A stretch of 64,000 nt of DNA from Chloroflexota bacterium. GTDB lineage: Bacteria > Chloroflexota > Dehalococcoidia > GIF9 > AB-539-J10. Under the pieces are notes generated by a model that had not been told where the DNA came from, ran no database searches, and saw only the letters and a list, made by a program, of their open reading frames with translations. How positions within the stretch are numbered: position 1 is the stretch's first letter; every line of letters begins with the position of its first letter. Position numbers and translations under genes: made by a program. The stretch is taken from assembly GCA_034722275.1 (NCBI GenBank), contig JAYENW010000001.1, positions 4,418 through 68,417 on the forward strand, written 5' to 3'. Shown here piece by piece: positions 1 through 10,885 of this stretch.

Positions 1-368
1 GGGTTCAGGCTCTGCCTCAGGATGAGCTGGCAGCCGAGGCGAAAAATCTGGGTGCTCCTCTGGAGCTGGTTATCGAAGTACACAAAACAGGCAAACTGCC
101 CGTAGTCAATTACGCTGCTGGAGGTGTAGCCACGCCGGCTGACGCCGCCTTGATGATGCAGTTGGGAGCTGAAGGTGTCTTTGTTGGCTCAGGTATCTTC
201 AAGTCGAGCGACCCCGCCCCCAGGGCAAAAGCCGTCGTTGAGGCTACCACCCACTATCAGGATGCCGCCATCATTGCTGAGGTATCCCGAGGTTTAGGGA
301 TGGCTATGCCAGGTCTGGAGATGAAGTCAATACCGCAAGAAGAGCTGCTGGCCACAAGGGGGTGGTAG
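1..368 (+). CDS. pdxS: Pyridoxal 5'-phosphate synthase lyase subunit PdxS, C-terminal part (5' end outside window)
   Basis: Frame open from window edge; translation ...[38 protein letters not shown]... is the conserved PdxS/SNZ C-terminus; no pdxT adjacent. Confidence 0.85.
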   Translation, partial: VQALPQDELAAEAKNLGAPLELVIEVHKTGKLPVVNYAAGGVATPADAALMMQLGAEGVFVGSGIFKSSDPAPRAKAVVEATTHYQDAAIIAEVSRGLGMAMPGLEMKSIPQEELLATRGW

Positions 369-1780
369 CGCGGAAAAAGATGCAGAAGATAACCACTGAT
401 GAATTGACTGCTCTGCTTGATGTTTTGCCTCCGCATATCAGTGAGCCCATTTGCCGGCAGCCTGACTGTGATGAACTGATTGAGGTAGTCCTGGATTCAG
501 GACGTTTGCCCGAAGCTCGTTTTCCTCACCGTGACTTAATACTCGACTCCAGAGAGGTGAACCAGAGTGACATTGATTATGTAGTATCCCGTGTGGGACA
601 GTTTACGGAGGATAATCGCGCCGGGATTGAGCGCACGCTTCATCGCATTTCAGCCATATGCAACAGGAATGGACGCATAATTGGTTTAACCTGCCGTGTG
701 GGCCGAGCTATATCAGGCACGGTCAAAATGATTCAGGACCTCATCGAATCCGGCAAAAGTGTTTTGCTGCTGGGGCGACCTGGTATAGGTAAAACAACCA
801 TGCTGCGGGAAGTTGCCCGGGTGCTGGCCGATGATTGTAAAAAACGCGTCATTGTGATTGATACTTCCAATGAAATCGCCGGTGATGGTGATATTCCTCA
901 TCCTGGGATTGGACATGCCAGGAGAATGCAGGTAGCTCATCCCAGCATGCAGCATGCGGTAATGATTGAAGCTGTGGAAAATCATATGCCCGAGGTCATT
1001 ATCATTGATGAGATTGGCACTGAGCTTGAAGCGCAGGCAGCCCGAACTATCGCGGAACGCGGCGTGCAGTTGATAGGCACCGCTCATGGCAATACTCTGG
1101 AGAACCTGATTATGAATCCCACCCTGTCTGACCTCGTAGGAGGCGTCCAGACGGTCATTCTGGGGGATGAAGAGGCAAAACGGCGCCGCACCCAGAAGTC
1201 TGTCCTGGAGCGTAAGTCACCTCCTACTTTTGATGTGGTTGTCGAATTACTGGATTATTACAAGGTGGCTGTCCATCCTGATGTTGGACAGGCTGTGGAT
1301 GCCATCTTGCATCTGGAGTCTCTGCCAGCGGAAAGTCGCTGGATGGATGAACTGGGAGAGGTGCATAAGGAGAGTTCCGAAGAGCCTTCGCAATCCCTGC
1401 CGTCAGAAGAGGGTAAGGAGGATAAAATGATACGCTTCTATCTTTTTGGCACCAACCGTTATCGTTTGGAACAGGCTGCCAGAGAGAAGCGAAGGAAGTT
1501 GACGGTTATCAGTGAACTCAAAGAGGCCGATATCCTTCTCACCACCAGAAATTTTTACCGCCGCAAGCCGCAGAAGATAAGGGATGCTGAAGTGCTGGGC
1601 ATACCAATTTATGCGCTTCAAAGCAATAACATCACTTACATGAGGCGCTGCCTTGATGCTCTTTATCCTGAAGATGCGCACTCCACCTATATTTCTCACC
1701 TGCAGCATTTGTTGAGCGAGCATGCCCGCCGTGACTCCGATAGGCCTCATTCTGAATCTGCTGCGGATAGAGGAAATTGA
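362..1780 (+). CDS. AAA+/P-loop ATPase with C-terminal R3H-like region (SpoIIIAA/Ycf45-like)
   Basis: 472-aa ORF; Walker [10 protein letters not shown], Walker [10 protein letters not shown], sensor GTAHG; overlaps pdxS stop by 7 nt. Confidence 0.6.
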   Translation: MVARKKMQKITTDELTALLDVLPPHISEPICRQPDCDELIEVVLDSGRLPEARFPHRDLILDSREVNQSDIDYVVSRVGQFTEDNRAGIERTLHRISAICNRNGRIIGLTCRVGRAISGTVKMIQDLIESGKSVLLLGRPGIGKTTMLREVARVLADDCKKRVIVIDTSNEIAGDGDIPHPGIGHARRMQVAHPSMQHAVMIEAVENHMPEVIIIDEIGTELEAQAARTIAERGVQLIGTAHGNTLENLIMNPTLSDLVGGVQTVILGDEEAKRRRTQKSVLERKSPPTFDVVVELLDYYKVAVHPDVGQAVDAILHLESLPAESRWMDELGEVHKESSEEPSQSLPSEEGKEDKMIRFYLFGTNRYRLEQAAREKRRKLTVISELKEADILLTTRNFYRRKPQKIRDAEVLGIPIYALQSNNITYMRRCLDALYPEDAHSTYISHLQHLLSEHARRDSDRPHSESAADRGN

Positions 1781-1788
1781 GGTGATTC

Positions 1789-2418
1789 TTGGGCTTGTTT
1801 ATTACTTTTGAGGGTGGTGAGGGATGTGGCAAAAGCACCCAGGCCAGAATCTTGTGGAAGCGATTGTGTGCCCAGGGACTGCCGGCGATATTATTGTATG
1901 AGCCTGGAGGCACAGCGCTGGGCAACAGGATAAAGAGACTGGTTAAGCGAAGAAACATATATCCCCTTTCGCCTCAAGCCGAGTTATTCCTCTTCGTGGC
2001 TTCCCGTGCCCAGTTGGTAGCTGAGGCGATTCTTCCCGCTTTGCAGGAAGGGAAAACAGTCATCTGCGACCGCTTTGCCCATTCTACCCTCGTTTATCAG
2101 GGTTATGGCAGGGAACTCGACTTGAGCACAGTAGCAAAGATTAACAATCTGGCAACGCAGAATCTTAAGCCAGACCTGGTTATCCTTCTGGATATCTCCC
2201 CGGAGCTGGGGCTGTCGCGAAAGCAAAACTCGAAAGACCGCTTTGAACTGGAGGACTTATCCTTTCATCGGCGGGTGAGGGAAGGCTATCTCAAGACAGT
2301 GGACTCTGAGCCCGACCGCTGGCTGTTGATAGATGCCGCACTGCCCAGGGCAACGGTGAGTCAGATTATCTGGAGGAAAGTAGGACAACTGTTGCCTTCT
2401 GCTAAAATGTCACCCTGA
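1789..2418 (+). CDS. tmk: Thymidylate kinase
   Basis: FITFEGGEGCGKSTQ P-loop and LID/DRF-type motifs, 209 aa. Confidence 0.9.
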   Translation: MGLFITFEGGEGCGKSTQARILWKRLCAQGLPAILLYEPGGTALGNRIKRLVKRRNIYPLSPQAELFLFVASRAQLVAEAILPALQEGKTVICDRFAHSTLVYQGYGRELDLSTVAKINNLATQNLKPDLVILLDISPELGLSRKQNSKDRFELEDLSFHRRVREGYLKTVDSEPDRWLLIDAALPRATVSQIIWRKVGQLLPSAKMSP

Positions 2419-2437
2419 GCGAAGCGAAGGGTCTCAA

Positions 2438-3478
2438 TTGACTAAGAAGAAAGTAGCTGTAGCATTGAGTGGGGGAGAGGATTCCTCTATTGCTGCTTTG
2501 CTGCTGAAGAAAGAAGGCTATGAAGTTCTGGGGATATACATGTCTTTGAGTGATGCTCCCTGTTCCCAGCCTCAACTATGCCAGGCGGAACGCGTTTGCC
2601 GTAGCCTGGACATTCCCTTCCATGTAGTTGATTTGCGGAGAGAATTTGAGCGCGGCGTAATTGACTATTTCTCTCAGGAATATCAGCGCGGGCGGACTCC
2701 CAACCCCTGCGTCGCCTGTAATCGGCACATCAAATTTGGGTGCTTGCTGTCCCAAGCGCTCTCTCTGGGTGTTCAATATCTGGCTACAGGTCATTATGCT
2801 CGCATTGAGCATCGTGATGGTCGGTATCATTTGCTTGAAGGTATAGATGCTGCCAAAGACCAGTCCTATTTTCTTTATACTCTGACTCAGGAAAAACTGG
2901 GACATATTCTTTTTCCGCTGGGGGGCTATCAGAAAACCGAGGTTCGCAGGATAGCGCAGCAGGAGGGACTGCCCGCCATTGGGAAGCCCAGCCAGGACAT
3001 CTGCTTTGTCTCTCAAAAAAACTACCGTGACTTCCTCCAGCAGCGCTTTGGGAACACTGCTGGAGATATTGTAGACAGGAAGGGGAAGATACTGGGTCGT
3101 CATCAAGGAGTGGCTTTTTATACTGTTGGGCAGAGGCATGGCCTTGGAGTAGCTTCAGGCAAGCCTCTTTATGTTCTGGAGATTATCCTGGAGGACAACA
3201 GGATTATTCTTGGTGAAGGAGGAGAGCTCTACCACCGGCAAATCGCCGCCAGTAACTTGACCTGGGTGGCAGGAGCAGCGCCATCTGAGCCTGCTGGCAT
3301 CACCGCCAGAATACGCTATCAGTCGCCGCAGGCAGAGGCGGTGCTGTTCCCGCAAGGAGATTTGGCGACGGTCTTCTTTTCCGAGCCGCAATGGGCTGTT
3401 GCCCCGGGTCAGGCTGTTGTGTTCTATAATGGTGAAGAGGTGCTGGGCGGCGGCATCATAGAGAATATGAAGTCATAA
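2438..3478 (+). CDS. mnmA: tRNA-specific 2-thiouridylase MnmA
   Basis: PP-loop SGGEDSS, catalytic Cys region CVACNRHIKF, 346 aa; TTG start at 2438. Confidence 0.9.
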   Translation: MTKKKVAVALSGGEDSSIAALLLKKEGYEVLGIYMSLSDAPCSQPQLCQAERVCRSLDIPFHVVDLRREFERGVIDYFSQEYQRGRTPNPCVACNRHIKFGCLLSQALSLGVQYLATGHYARIEHRDGRYHLLEGIDAAKDQSYFLYTLTQEKLGHILFPLGGYQKTEVRRIAQQEGLPAIGKPSQDICFVSQKNYRDFLQQRFGNTAGDIVDRKGKILGRHQGVAFYTVGQRHGLGVASGKPLYVLEIILEDNRIILGEGGELYHRQIAASNLTWVAGAAPSEPAGITARIRYQSPQAEAVLFPQGDLATVFFSEPQWAVAPGQAVVFYNGEEVLGGGIIENMKS

Positions 3479-3493
3479 ACTGCGGGATGCGAC

Positions 3494-4141
3494 ATGGAAC
3501 CGCCAAATCTAAAACATGAAGATGAGCTTAAACTGCAGGGTTATCAATTCATCGCTGGAATTGATGAGGCTGGCAGAGGAGCCCTCGCCGGTCCTGTGGT
3601 CGCCGGCGCCGTTATTCTGCCTCAAGGTCGTCTTCCCTGGTTCAAGCTGGTTCGTGATAGTAAGCAACTGACCCCCAAGAAGCGTGAGATTCTTTTTGAC
3701 TTAATCCAGAACCAGGCTATGGCTGTGGGAGCGGGAGTTGTTTCTCATAAAGTGATTGATAAGGTGAATATCCTTGAAGCGACCAAGCTAGCTATGATGC
3801 AGGCTGTAGAAAAGCTTCCCCGGCAGCCGCAGTTTCTTCTCATTGACAGACTGACTTTGCCGCGATGCTCCCTTTCCCAGGAAGGGATAACCAGAGGGGA
3901 CAAGCTGTGTCTCTCCATTGCCTGTGCCTCTATTATTGCCAAGGTTACCAGAGACCATATTATGGAACAGTTCGATAAGGTTTATCCTGGTTACGGTTTA
4001 GCCAGACACAAAGGTTATGGAACTAGGGAGCACATTTCCTGCCTGCAAAAGCTGGGACCGACAGCAATTCATCGGCTCTCTTTTGCCCCTGTTAAGGATG
4101 TCATTACGAACCCAGGATATGATAATCTCAAATCGAAATGA
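3494..4141 (+). CDS. rnhB: Ribonuclease HII
   Basis: GIDEAGRGALAGPVV active-site motif, 215 aa. Confidence 0.9.
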   Translation: MEPPNLKHEDELKLQGYQFIAGIDEAGRGALAGPVVAGAVILPQGRLPWFKLVRDSKQLTPKKREILFDLIQNQAMAVGAGVVSHKVIDKVNILEATKLAMMQAVEKLPRQPQFLLIDRLTLPRCSLSQEGITRGDKLCLSIACASIIAKVTRDHIMEQFDKVYPGYGLARHKGYGTREHISCLQKLGPTAIHRLSFAPVKDVITNPGYDNLKSK

Positions 4142-4512
4142 ATCGCCAGGAAGTTGGTAAGCTGGGAGAAAAACTGGCACAGGGATTCCTTAAAAAGAGA
4201 GGCTATCATATTCTGGAAACAGGTTTTCGCTGCCGTAGTGGGGAGATTGACATTGTTGCTCAGCGAAAAGATTGCCTCGTTTTTGTTGAAGTGCGCACCA
4301 AAAGCAATTTAGACTTTGGCACTCCGGAAGAATCGATAACACAAGGCAAAAAGAGGAAACTAACTGCTTCTGCACTGAGCTATATCAGCACTCACCAGGA
4401 CCTGCCGTCGGCATGGCGTATCGATGTCGTTGCTATAGAAATTGATTCTGAGGGCAAAGTAAGACGCATCGCACTTATTGAAAATGCTGTGGAAGAGGAG
4501 CAACCTCTTTAA
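4138..4512 (+). CDS. YraN/UPF0102 family endonuclease-like protein
   Basis: 124 aa, GE.DIVA...LVFVEVR pattern typical of UPF0102; 4-nt overlap with rnhB. Confidence 0.75.
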   Translation: MNRQEVGKLGEKLAQGFLKKRGYHILETGFRCRSGEIDIVAQRKDCLVFVEVRTKSNLDFGTPEESITQGKKRKLTASALSYISTHQDLPSAWRIDVVAIEIDSEGKVRRIALIENAVEEEQPL

Positions 4513-5006
4513 CGCTTGGTGTACTGCGGTGCCTTGCGAGCTCTCTTTAGCCCGTATTTCTTGCGCTCTTTGATTCTGGCATCGCGGGTAAGCAGGCCTT
4601 CTTTTCGCAATGAGAGTTTGAATAGTTCGTTTTCCTTAACCAGCGCTCGGGCAATACCATGGCGGATGGCCTCTGCCTGACCGCTCAGACCGCCCCCTTT
4701 CACCTTTATTGTTGCATGAAACTTACCCAGAGAGTTGACTGCTTCCAGGGGGCTTTCAACTGCGTGCTGGTATTCAAGTCGGGGGAAAGCCTCTTTGTAG
4801 GGTTTCTCATTGACAACTATCTCACCCTTGCCAGAGAAAAGGCGCACCTGGGCTATGGCACACTTGCGTTTGCCTGTTGCCCAAATGTATTGAGACCGTT
4901 TTGTTTTTCTTCTCTTGCGTGTTGTGCCTGGACTTGCTGCAGCAGTGGGTGGAGTCACTTCAGCAGCATTTTGCTGCGATTCAGCGTCGCTAATTTCTTC
5001 GCTCAT
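4509..5006 (-). CDS. rpsI: 30S ribosomal protein S9 (with ~35-aa N-terminal low-complexity extension)
   Basis: C-terminal ...[22 protein letters not shown]...[17 protein letters not shown] canonical uS9. Confidence 0.9.
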   Translation of the reverse strand: MSEEISDAESQQNAAEVTPPTAAASPGTTRKRRKTKRSQYIWATGKRKCAIAQVRLFSGKGEIVVNEKPYKEAFPRLEYQHAVESPLEAVNSLGKFHATIKVKGGGLSGQAEAIRHGIARALVKENELFKLSLRKEGLLTRDARIKERKKYGLKRARKAPQYTKR

Positions 5007-5434
5007 TGATTATCACCTTTCTTCCCAACCTGAGCCTGGTGTGGATGTTCATTGCCAGGGTAAACCTTGAGCTTCTTGAACATTGCCTCACCGAGGCTGG
5101 TGTGGGGCAGCATTCCTTTAACTGCGTGTTCAACTATATATTGAGGAGATTTATCGAAGATATCTTTGAAGGGGGGACTCTTCAGTCCGTCAGGGTAACC
5201 TGAATGCCGATAGTAAATTTTCTGCTCAGCTTTTCTCCCGGTTATCTTTATTTTGGAGGCGTTGATTACGATAACGTAATCTCCGGTATCGAGATGGGGA
5301 GCGTAGATTGGTTTGTGCTTGCCCATAAGCAAGCTGGCTACCTGGGATGCTACTCTTCCCAGAGTCTTATCTGTGGCATCAATAACATGCCACTCTCTTT
5401 TTATATCTTTAGCCTTAGTGCCATATGTTTTCAT
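5003..5434 (-). CDS. rplM: 50S ribosomal protein L13
   Basis: [20 protein letters not shown]...uL13 N-terminus, 143 aa. Confidence 0.95.
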   Translation of the reverse strand: MKTYGTKAKDIKREWHVIDATDKTLGRVASQVASLLMGKHKPIYAPHLDTGDYVIVINASKIKITGRKAEQKIYYRHSGYPDGLKSPPFKDIFDKSPQYIVEHAVKGMLPHTSLGEAMFKKLKVYPGNEHPHQAQVGKKGDNQ

Positions 5435-6300
5435 CTGAATTCCTCACAAAGTTGTTCTTGCTCACCATGAAATTGTCTTTCATTGTTAGCTGCAGCAGAA
5501 GAAGGCTCAAAATAAGATAGCGGCTTGGGGTAGTTGACCTTCATGAGGCATAATCCATGAGCGGGGGCTCTGGGACTGGCCAGCCCCAAACTTCTCGCCT
5601 CCATAATATCCCCAAAATCCCTGCCGCTCATCTTCCCTAGCCCCAGTTGCAGCAGGAGACCCACTGTGTTGCGTACTTGGTGAGGCAAGAAGGAGTTAGC
5701 CACCATGTGAAAAACGACAAAATCTCCCTCCCTGGCGACTTTCGCTTGATGGACATAGCGCACAGTGCCTTTGGCCTCCGGAGAGCTGGTAAATGATATA
5801 AAATCATGCTCGCCTTGAATAAACTGACATGCGGCATTCATCGCTTCTATATTTAACATTCTGGGCATAAATAAAGCAAACCTGCGGCTGAGAGGCGATC
5901 TGGTATCGCTGTTCAGGATGTAGTAATGATACTCGCGACTTATGGCATCGCGCCGAACATTAAAATCACCATCACTTATGTAAGCAGCTTTAATAGCAAT
6001 ATCTTGAGGCAAATAGTGGTTTAATGCTTTGACCATGGTCACCGCAGACAAATTTGGTTTAGCCCAAAAATTTACTACCTGTCCCTTGGCGTGTACTCCA
6101 GCATCAGTTCTACTAGCTGCCATAATGCGGCTGCTCCAGCCACAGAATTTCTTCATGGCTTGCTCCAGCTTGCCCTGGATGGTGGGCAAGCCAACCTGCC
6201 ATTCAAAACCATGATATTGTGTACCATCATATTCCACAAGCAGAATATATTTTTGTGGTTCATAAGTATGGATTGCTTCTCTTTGTGAGCTGAACGTCAC
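5431..6300 (-). CDS. truA: tRNA pseudouridine(38-40) synthase TruA
   Basis: [16 protein letters not shown] and catalytic RTDAGVHA motifs; GTG start in ORF track frame; start uncertain. Confidence 0.85.
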   Translation of the reverse strand: MTFSSQREAIHTYEPQKYILLVEYDGTQYHGFEWQVGLPTIQGKLEQAMKKFCGWSSRIMAASRTDAGVHAKGQVVNFWAKPNLSAVTMVKALNHYLPQDIAIKAAYISDGDFNVRRDAISREYHYYILNSDTRSPLSRRFALFMPRMLNIEAMNAACQFIQGEHDFISFTSSPEAKGTVRYVHQAKVAREGDFVVFHMVANSFLPHQVRNTVGLLLQLGLGKMSGRDFGDIMEARSLGLASPRAPAHGLCLMKVNYPKPLSYFEPSSAAANNERQFHGEQEQLCEEFR

Positions 6301-6318
6301 CTATAATTAATGTGATTC

Positions 6319-6672
6319 CTATTTAACCAATTCAATTTGAACCAGAGGTGCATTATCACCAGCACGTGGGCCTAGTTTTGTTATTCTAGTATAACCTCCA
6401 GCGCGGTCAGCATATGTTGCCGCAAATTCATCAAACACCTTAGACGCCACATTTTTGTCAGTAACGAAAGTTAAAACTCGTCTCCGGGAGGCGAGGCTGC
6501 CCTCTTTCCCCAAAGTGATTATCTTCTCCGTCAGGCCGCGTATTTCTTTAGCCTTGGCTTCTGTAGTAACGATTTTTTCGGAAATCAGAAGGGAAGTAAC
6601 TAAATTGCGATACAGCGCCCAACGGTGGCCTGTGGGCCTGCTTAATTTCCTTCCATCTACACGATGTCTCAT
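6319..6672 (-). CDS. rplQ: 50S ribosomal protein L17
   Basis: [24 protein letters not shown] bL17 N-terminus. Confidence 0.95.
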   Translation of the reverse strand: MRHRVDGRKLSRPTGHRWALYRNLVTSLLISEKIVTTEAKAKEIRGLTEKIITLGKEGSLASRRRVLTFVTDKNVASKVFDEFAATYADRAGGYTRITKLGPRAGDNAPLVQIELVK

Positions 6673-6707
6673 TGAATTGCCCTATGATTTCAATTCCTGG
6701 AAGAAAT

Positions 6708-7649
6708 TCAAGTTTCCTTTTTTCTTTTCTTTTTCTGGGAAATGATAGGAAAACCTAAGCTGGCTAGAGTTGTCTCTACTTCTTCTCTTGATTTTGCTCC
6801 AAGTCCAGGTAACTGTGGCAAGCCTTCTTTGCTCTTATCCAGTAGCTGACCCAGTGTGCCCATACCTGCTCTTTTCAAGCTATTATATGAGCGAACTGAT
6901 AAGTTTAATTCTTCCAGAGGAGTGCTGTATTGTCTTGCTAAAGCACTTGCTTCTTCCCCTTCTGTCTTTACAGGAATCAGGTCTCTGAAAGAAGAAAACT
7001 GACTTATCAATATGTTAGCGCTCTGGTTGATAGCTTCTTCAGGTGAGATAGTACCATCAGTCCAGACTTCTACGCTGAGTTTTTCCGGGCTTCCTTCTTG
7101 GCCACGTCTGATAGGTTCTACCGAGAAGTTGACTTTTCGCACGGGGCTGAAAATGGCGTCTGTGGGTAAGGCTCCTATGGGCAGGCCATTGGATGATCTG
7201 GCCGGCACATAACCTTTACCCAATTCCACATTAAATTCAACCGAGAGCTTAGCCTCAGGAGAATCAACAGTAGCCAGGTAAAGCTCAGGATTGGAGATTC
7301 TAAAATCTGCAGAAGGCTTGATATCAGCGGCATACACTCTGCCTTCACCAGTGACTTCCAGGAATAGTTTCCCTGGTTGTTGGGAAAGGGAGCATATCCT
7401 TAGTTGTTTAACATTCAGTAAGAACTCTATGGTGTCCTCTTTGACATTGGGAATAGGAGAAAATTCGTGTTGAACCCCGTCAATTCTTACCCATGTAACA
7501 GCAGTGCCAGACAGGGAACTCAGGAGTGTGCGGCGGAGAGCGTTGCCCAGGGTGACTCCGAAACCTGGCTCCAGAGGTTCAGCGACGATATGGCCATAAT
7601 TGCCAGCAGCTTCAAGAGCAGTTACTTTGGATATAGATGATTCAAACAT
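6708..7649 (-). CDS. rpoA: DNA-directed RNA polymerase alpha subunit
   Basis: 313 aa, N-terminal dimerisation domain ...VTLGNALRRTLLSSL..., follows rpsD as in alpha operon. Confidence 0.95.
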   Translation of the reverse strand: MFESSISKVTALEAAGNYGHIVAEPLEPGFGVTLGNALRRTLLSSLSGTAVTWVRIDGVQHEFSPIPNVKEDTIEFLLNVKQLRICSLSQQPGKLFLEVTGEGRVYAADIKPSADFRISNPELYLATVDSPEAKLSVEFNVELGKGYVPARSSNGLPIGALPTDAIFSPVRKVNFSVEPIRRGQEGSPEKLSVEVWTDGTISPEEAINQSANILISQFSSFRDLIPVKTEGEEASALARQYSTPLEELNLSVRSYNSLKRAGMGTLGQLLDKSKEGLPQLPGLGAKSREEVETTLASLGFPIISQKKKRKKET

Positions 7650-7652
7650 ACT

Positions 7653-8279
7653 TCACCTGGAATAATATTCAACAATAGCCTGGCTGTTGAACTTGGCATC
7701 AATAACACTCTCATCGGGCAGAGCTAGAACAATCCCGCTCATCTTTTCCTGGTCCAAACTCAACCAGTCGGGAACAGCTACCTGCTTAATTTTCTCAGAA
7801 ACTGTCTTATAGTATTCAGTTTTTGTGCTCGCCTCCTGCCATTTGATGGCATCTCCCTCTTTTACAAGGTATGAAGGTATGTTTACTCTGTGATTGTTAA
7901 CGGCAATATGTCCGTGCTGGACTATCTGCCTCGCCTGTGCACGCGAATCAGCGAAGCCCAGGCGATAGACGGTGTTGTCCAGGCGTCTCTCCAGCAATAT
8001 GAAGAGATTGTTTCCTGTTATGCCTGGAGCTTTCATTGCCTGAGTGAAAAGCCTGCGAAACCGCTGCTCTAAAACACCATAACTGAAGCGCACTTTCTGT
8101 TTCTCTCGTAATTGAGTTCCACGTTCAGAAACCCTGCGTCGTCCTCGGGGGCGTTTTCTTGAGGGAGGTCTTCTTTTTTCCAGAGGGCACTTTGGGGTAT
8201 AACATTTTTCTCCCTTGAGCATTAATTTTTCATCGAGATAGCGGCATTTATGGCAAACAGCTCCGGTATAACGTGCCAT
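7653..8279 (-). CDS. rpsD: 30S ribosomal protein S4
   Basis: MARYTGAVCHKCRYLDEKLMLKGEKCYTPKCP Zn-type uS4; start trimmed to ATG at 8277-8279 because longer ORF overlaps rpsK. Confidence 0.95.
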   Translation of the reverse strand: MARYTGAVCHKCRYLDEKLMLKGEKCYTPKCPLEKRRPPSRKRPRGRRRVSERGTQLREKQKVRFSYGVLEQRFRRLFTQAMKAPGITGNNLFILLERRLDNTVYRLGFADSRAQARQIVQHGHIAVNNHRVNIPSYLVKEGDAIKWQEASTKTEYYKTVSEKIKQVAVPDWLSLDQEKMSGIVLALPDESVIDAKFNSQAIVEYYSR

Positions 8280-8280
8280 G

Positions 8281-8673
8281 CTATACTCTCCTTCTCCCGC
8301 GGGGGCGGCAGCCATCATGTGGGATGGGAGTCACATCTCTGATACTGGTAACGGTAATTCCTGAAGCTTGCAAAGCACGAATAGCTGCTTCACGGCCGCT
8401 GCCTGGCCCTTTGATATCAACTTCGATTTGACGTAAACCATTGTCCATTGCTCTTCTTGCTGCTCCTTGGGCTGCTAGCTGGGCGGCATAAGGAGTGCCT
8501 TTCCGGGAACCTTTAAATCCAGCAGTGCCAGAGCTTCCCCAGGCGATAGCATTGCCTTGAAGGTCTGTTATAGTAACAATAGTATTATTGAAAGTAGATT
8601 GAATATAAGCTCTGCCTTCAATAACTCCCTTACGGAGCCTTCTGGGTCTCCTGCTTTGCTTCTTCTTGGGCAT
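8281..8673 (-). CDS. rpsK: 30S ribosomal protein S11
   Basis: ...[34 protein letters not shown]... uS11. Confidence 0.95.
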   Translation of the reverse strand: MPKKKQSRRPRRLRKGVIEGRAYIQSTFNNTIVTITDLQGNAIAWGSSGTAGFKGSRKGTPYAAQLAAQGAARRAMDNGLRQIEVDIKGPGSGREAAIRALQASGITVTSIRDVTPIPHDGCRPRGRRRV

Positions 8674-8685
8674 AATTCAAGCCTC

Positions 8686-9075
8686 CTACTTCTTGGACAG
8701 GCCGCGCTTTTGGCCTCTTCCGGCAACCGTTCTCTTGGCTCCCCTCCTGGTACGGGCATTAGTACGAGTCCTCTGTCCGTGGACAGGCAGATTCATGCGG
8801 TGCCGCGTACCTCGCGTGCTGCCGATCTCTATAAGCCGTTTTATGTTGGATTGAACTTCTCTCCTGAGATCACCTTCTACTTTGTATTGTTTGCCAATGA
8901 TACTATGGATGCGGCCGATTTGCTCTTCAGTGAGGTTTTTAGCTTTGATGCTGTTTTCAACTTCAGCAGCAGCCAGAATTTGCTTACTTGAAGCGGAGCC
9001 AACGCCATAAATATATTGTAAAGCTACCCATATTGGCTTTTCTTTGGGAATATCTACACCGGATATGCGTGGCAT
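8686..9075 (-). CDS. rpsM: 30S ribosomal protein S13
   Basis: [26 protein letters not shown] uS13. Confidence 0.95.
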   Translation of the reverse strand: MPRISGVDIPKEKPIWVALQYIYGVGSASSKQILAAAEVENSIKAKNLTEEQIGRIHSIIGKQYKVEGDLRREVQSNIKRLIEIGSTRGTRHRMNLPVHGQRTRTNARTRRGAKRTVAGRGQKRGLSKK

Positions 9076-9077
9076 TG

Positions 9078-9191
9078 TTATCCCTGTCTCTGTTTATGCT
9101 TGGGATTTTCACAGATAACCCTGACCACACCCTTCCTTCTGATGATCTGGCATTTTCTGCAACGTTTCTTAACCGAAGCTGCTACTTTCAT
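9078..9191 (-). CDS. rpmJ: 50S ribosomal protein L36
   Basis: Below ORF-track cutoff; manual minus-strand translation [37 protein letters not shown] with C-x2-C...C-x4-H zinc ribbon; ATG 9189-9191, stop 9078-9080. Confidence 0.9.
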   Translation of the reverse strand: MKVAASVKKRCRKCQIIRRKGVVRVICENPKHKQRQG

Positions 9192-9251
9192 TTTATCAAC
9201 CTTACAAAACCTGTATCATAGCCTTCTTTATTCAACTTGTCAAAAGGAAAA

Positions 9252-9470
9252 TTATTTCAGCCGATAGGTAATCCTGCCGCGGCTCAAATCATAGGGAGAG
9301 AGCTCCACTAGAACTCTGTCAGCAGGTAAGATTTTAATATAATGTTTCCTCATTTTGCCCGAAATATGGGCCAGCACGATATGCCCATTACTCAACTCAA
9401 CACGAAACATGGTATTAGGCAAACAGGTAATGACTTTGCCCTCGACTTCTATTCGTTCTTTTTTAGCCAT
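9252..9470 (-). CDS. infA: Translation initiation factor IF-1
   Basis: 72 aa, [31 protein letters not shown]1-like OB fold. Confidence 0.95.
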   Translation of the reverse strand: MAKKERIEVEGKVITCLPNTMFRVELSNGHIVLAHISGKMRKHYIKILPADRVLVELSPYDLSRGRITYRLK

Positions 9471-9479
9471 CCTTTGCTG

Positions 9480-10217
9480 CTAGGTAAGTATTTCAGGCTC
9501 GTCAGCGTCAATGACGATGGTATGCTCAAAATGTGCCGAAGAGCTTCCATCCGCTGTAAGGACGGTCCATTGATTAGGAGCCAATTTGGTATGCCAGCTT
9601 CCTCTGTTGACCATGGGCTCAATGGCCAGGGTCATTCCCTTACGAAGTAATGAACCCTTACCAAAGGCAAAATTGGGTATCTGTGGGTCTTCATGCAAAT
9701 TTCTGCCTACCCCATGGCCGGTATATTCTCTGACTACGGAAAACCCTCTTGATTCAACATAATCCTGGATGGCGGAGGAGATATCTCCCACATGTGCTCC
9801 GCATTTGGCCTGAGCAATGCCCGCCTTCAAGCTTTCTTTGGTAACTGTTATCAGTTCTTTGTTTTCCTGGCTTATTTCTCCTACGCCCACAGTCACGGCT
9901 GCATCAGCGTGAAAGCCTTTGAATTTTACCCCCAAATCCAGGGAAACGATGTCTCCCTCATGGAGAATCCTCTCCCCGGGTATCCCGTGGACTATTTCAT
10001 CATTCACGGAAACGCATAGATTAGCGGGGAACCCCTGATAATTTTTGAAAGATGGCTGGGCACCTCTCTTATTTATTTCAGCGGCAGCGATGTCATCTAG
10101 GTAGAGGGTTTTGATCCCGGCCTTTATTTCTTTCCTCAGCCTGTCCATAACTGCTGCCCAGATCTTGCCGCATTGACGCATGCTCTCTATTTCTTGTGGT
10201 GATTTAACAATTATCAT
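9480..10217 (-). CDS. map: Methionine aminopeptidase type I
   Basis: 245 aa, pita-bread metal ligands region ...HGIPGERILHEGDIVSLDLG...HFEHT. Confidence 0.9.
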   Translation of the reverse strand: MIIVKSPQEIESMRQCGKIWAAVMDRLRKEIKAGIKTLYLDDIAAAEINKRGAQPSFKNYQGFPANLCVSVNDEIVHGIPGERILHEGDIVSLDLGVKFKGFHADAAVTVGVGEISQENKELITVTKESLKAGIAQAKCGAHVGDISSAIQDYVESRGFSVVREYTGHGVGRNLHEDPQIPNFAFGKGSLLRKGMTLAIEPMVNRGSWHTKLAPNQWTVLTADGSSSAHFEHTIVIDADEPEILT

Positions 10218-10868
10218 CTATTTTTCTTCTTTGAGAATGGAGATTATTTTCTGAGCTACTTCCTCTATGCCCAAATTGCCATTGACTTCAACAAGTTTAT
10301 TCTGGCTCTGGTAGTAATCTATCATGGGAATAGTTTGTGAAAAGAAGACCTTTAAGCGCTCCTTTACCGTCTCTTCTTTGTCATCAGGACGTTGATATAA
10401 TTCACCACCGCATTTGTCGCATATTCCTGGCACTTTGGGTGGTGAGGTCACGATGTGATATGGCGTCTGGCAATTTCGGCAAATCCAGCGCCCGGAGAGC
10501 CTCTTGATAAGCTCTTCATCGGGCACTTTGACGTATATCGCTTCATCCACGCTTTTGCCTTGTAAGGCGAGAGCTTTGTCCAGAGCTTTGGCCTGGTCTA
10601 AAGTCCGGGGGAAACCGTCCAAAAGACAGCTTGAAGCGCAATCGGATGTGTTGATCCTCTTCTGAATCATTTTTATCGTTATTTCGTCAGGAACCAGTTC
10701 TCCCTTCTCCATGTAAGTTTTGGCCGAAAGCCCTAATTCAGTCTTTTTCTCCAAGTTTTGACGGAACAAATCTCCAGAGGCTATATGTGGGAAGCCCATT
10801 TTCTGAGATAGAATATCTGCCTGAGTTCCTTTTCCTGCTCCTGGAGCACCCAATAGGACAATGTACAT
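10218..10868 (-). CDS. adk: Adenylate kinase (zinc-lid type)
   Basis: LLGAPGAGKGTQ P-loop; LID C-x2-C...C-x2-C (CRNCQ...CDKCG). Confidence 0.95.
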   Translation of the reverse strand: MYIVLLGAPGAGKGTQADILSQKMGFPHIASGDLFRQNLEKKTELGLSAKTYMEKGELVPDEITIKMIQKRINTSDCASSCLLDGFPRTLDQAKALDKALALQGKSVDEAIYVKVPDEELIKRLSGRWICRNCQTPYHIVTSPPKVPGICDKCGGELYQRPDDKEETVKERLKVFFSQTIPMIDYYQSQNKLVEVNGNLGIEEVAQKIISILKEEK

Positions 10869-10885
10869 CTTTTTCCTCTCCTTTC

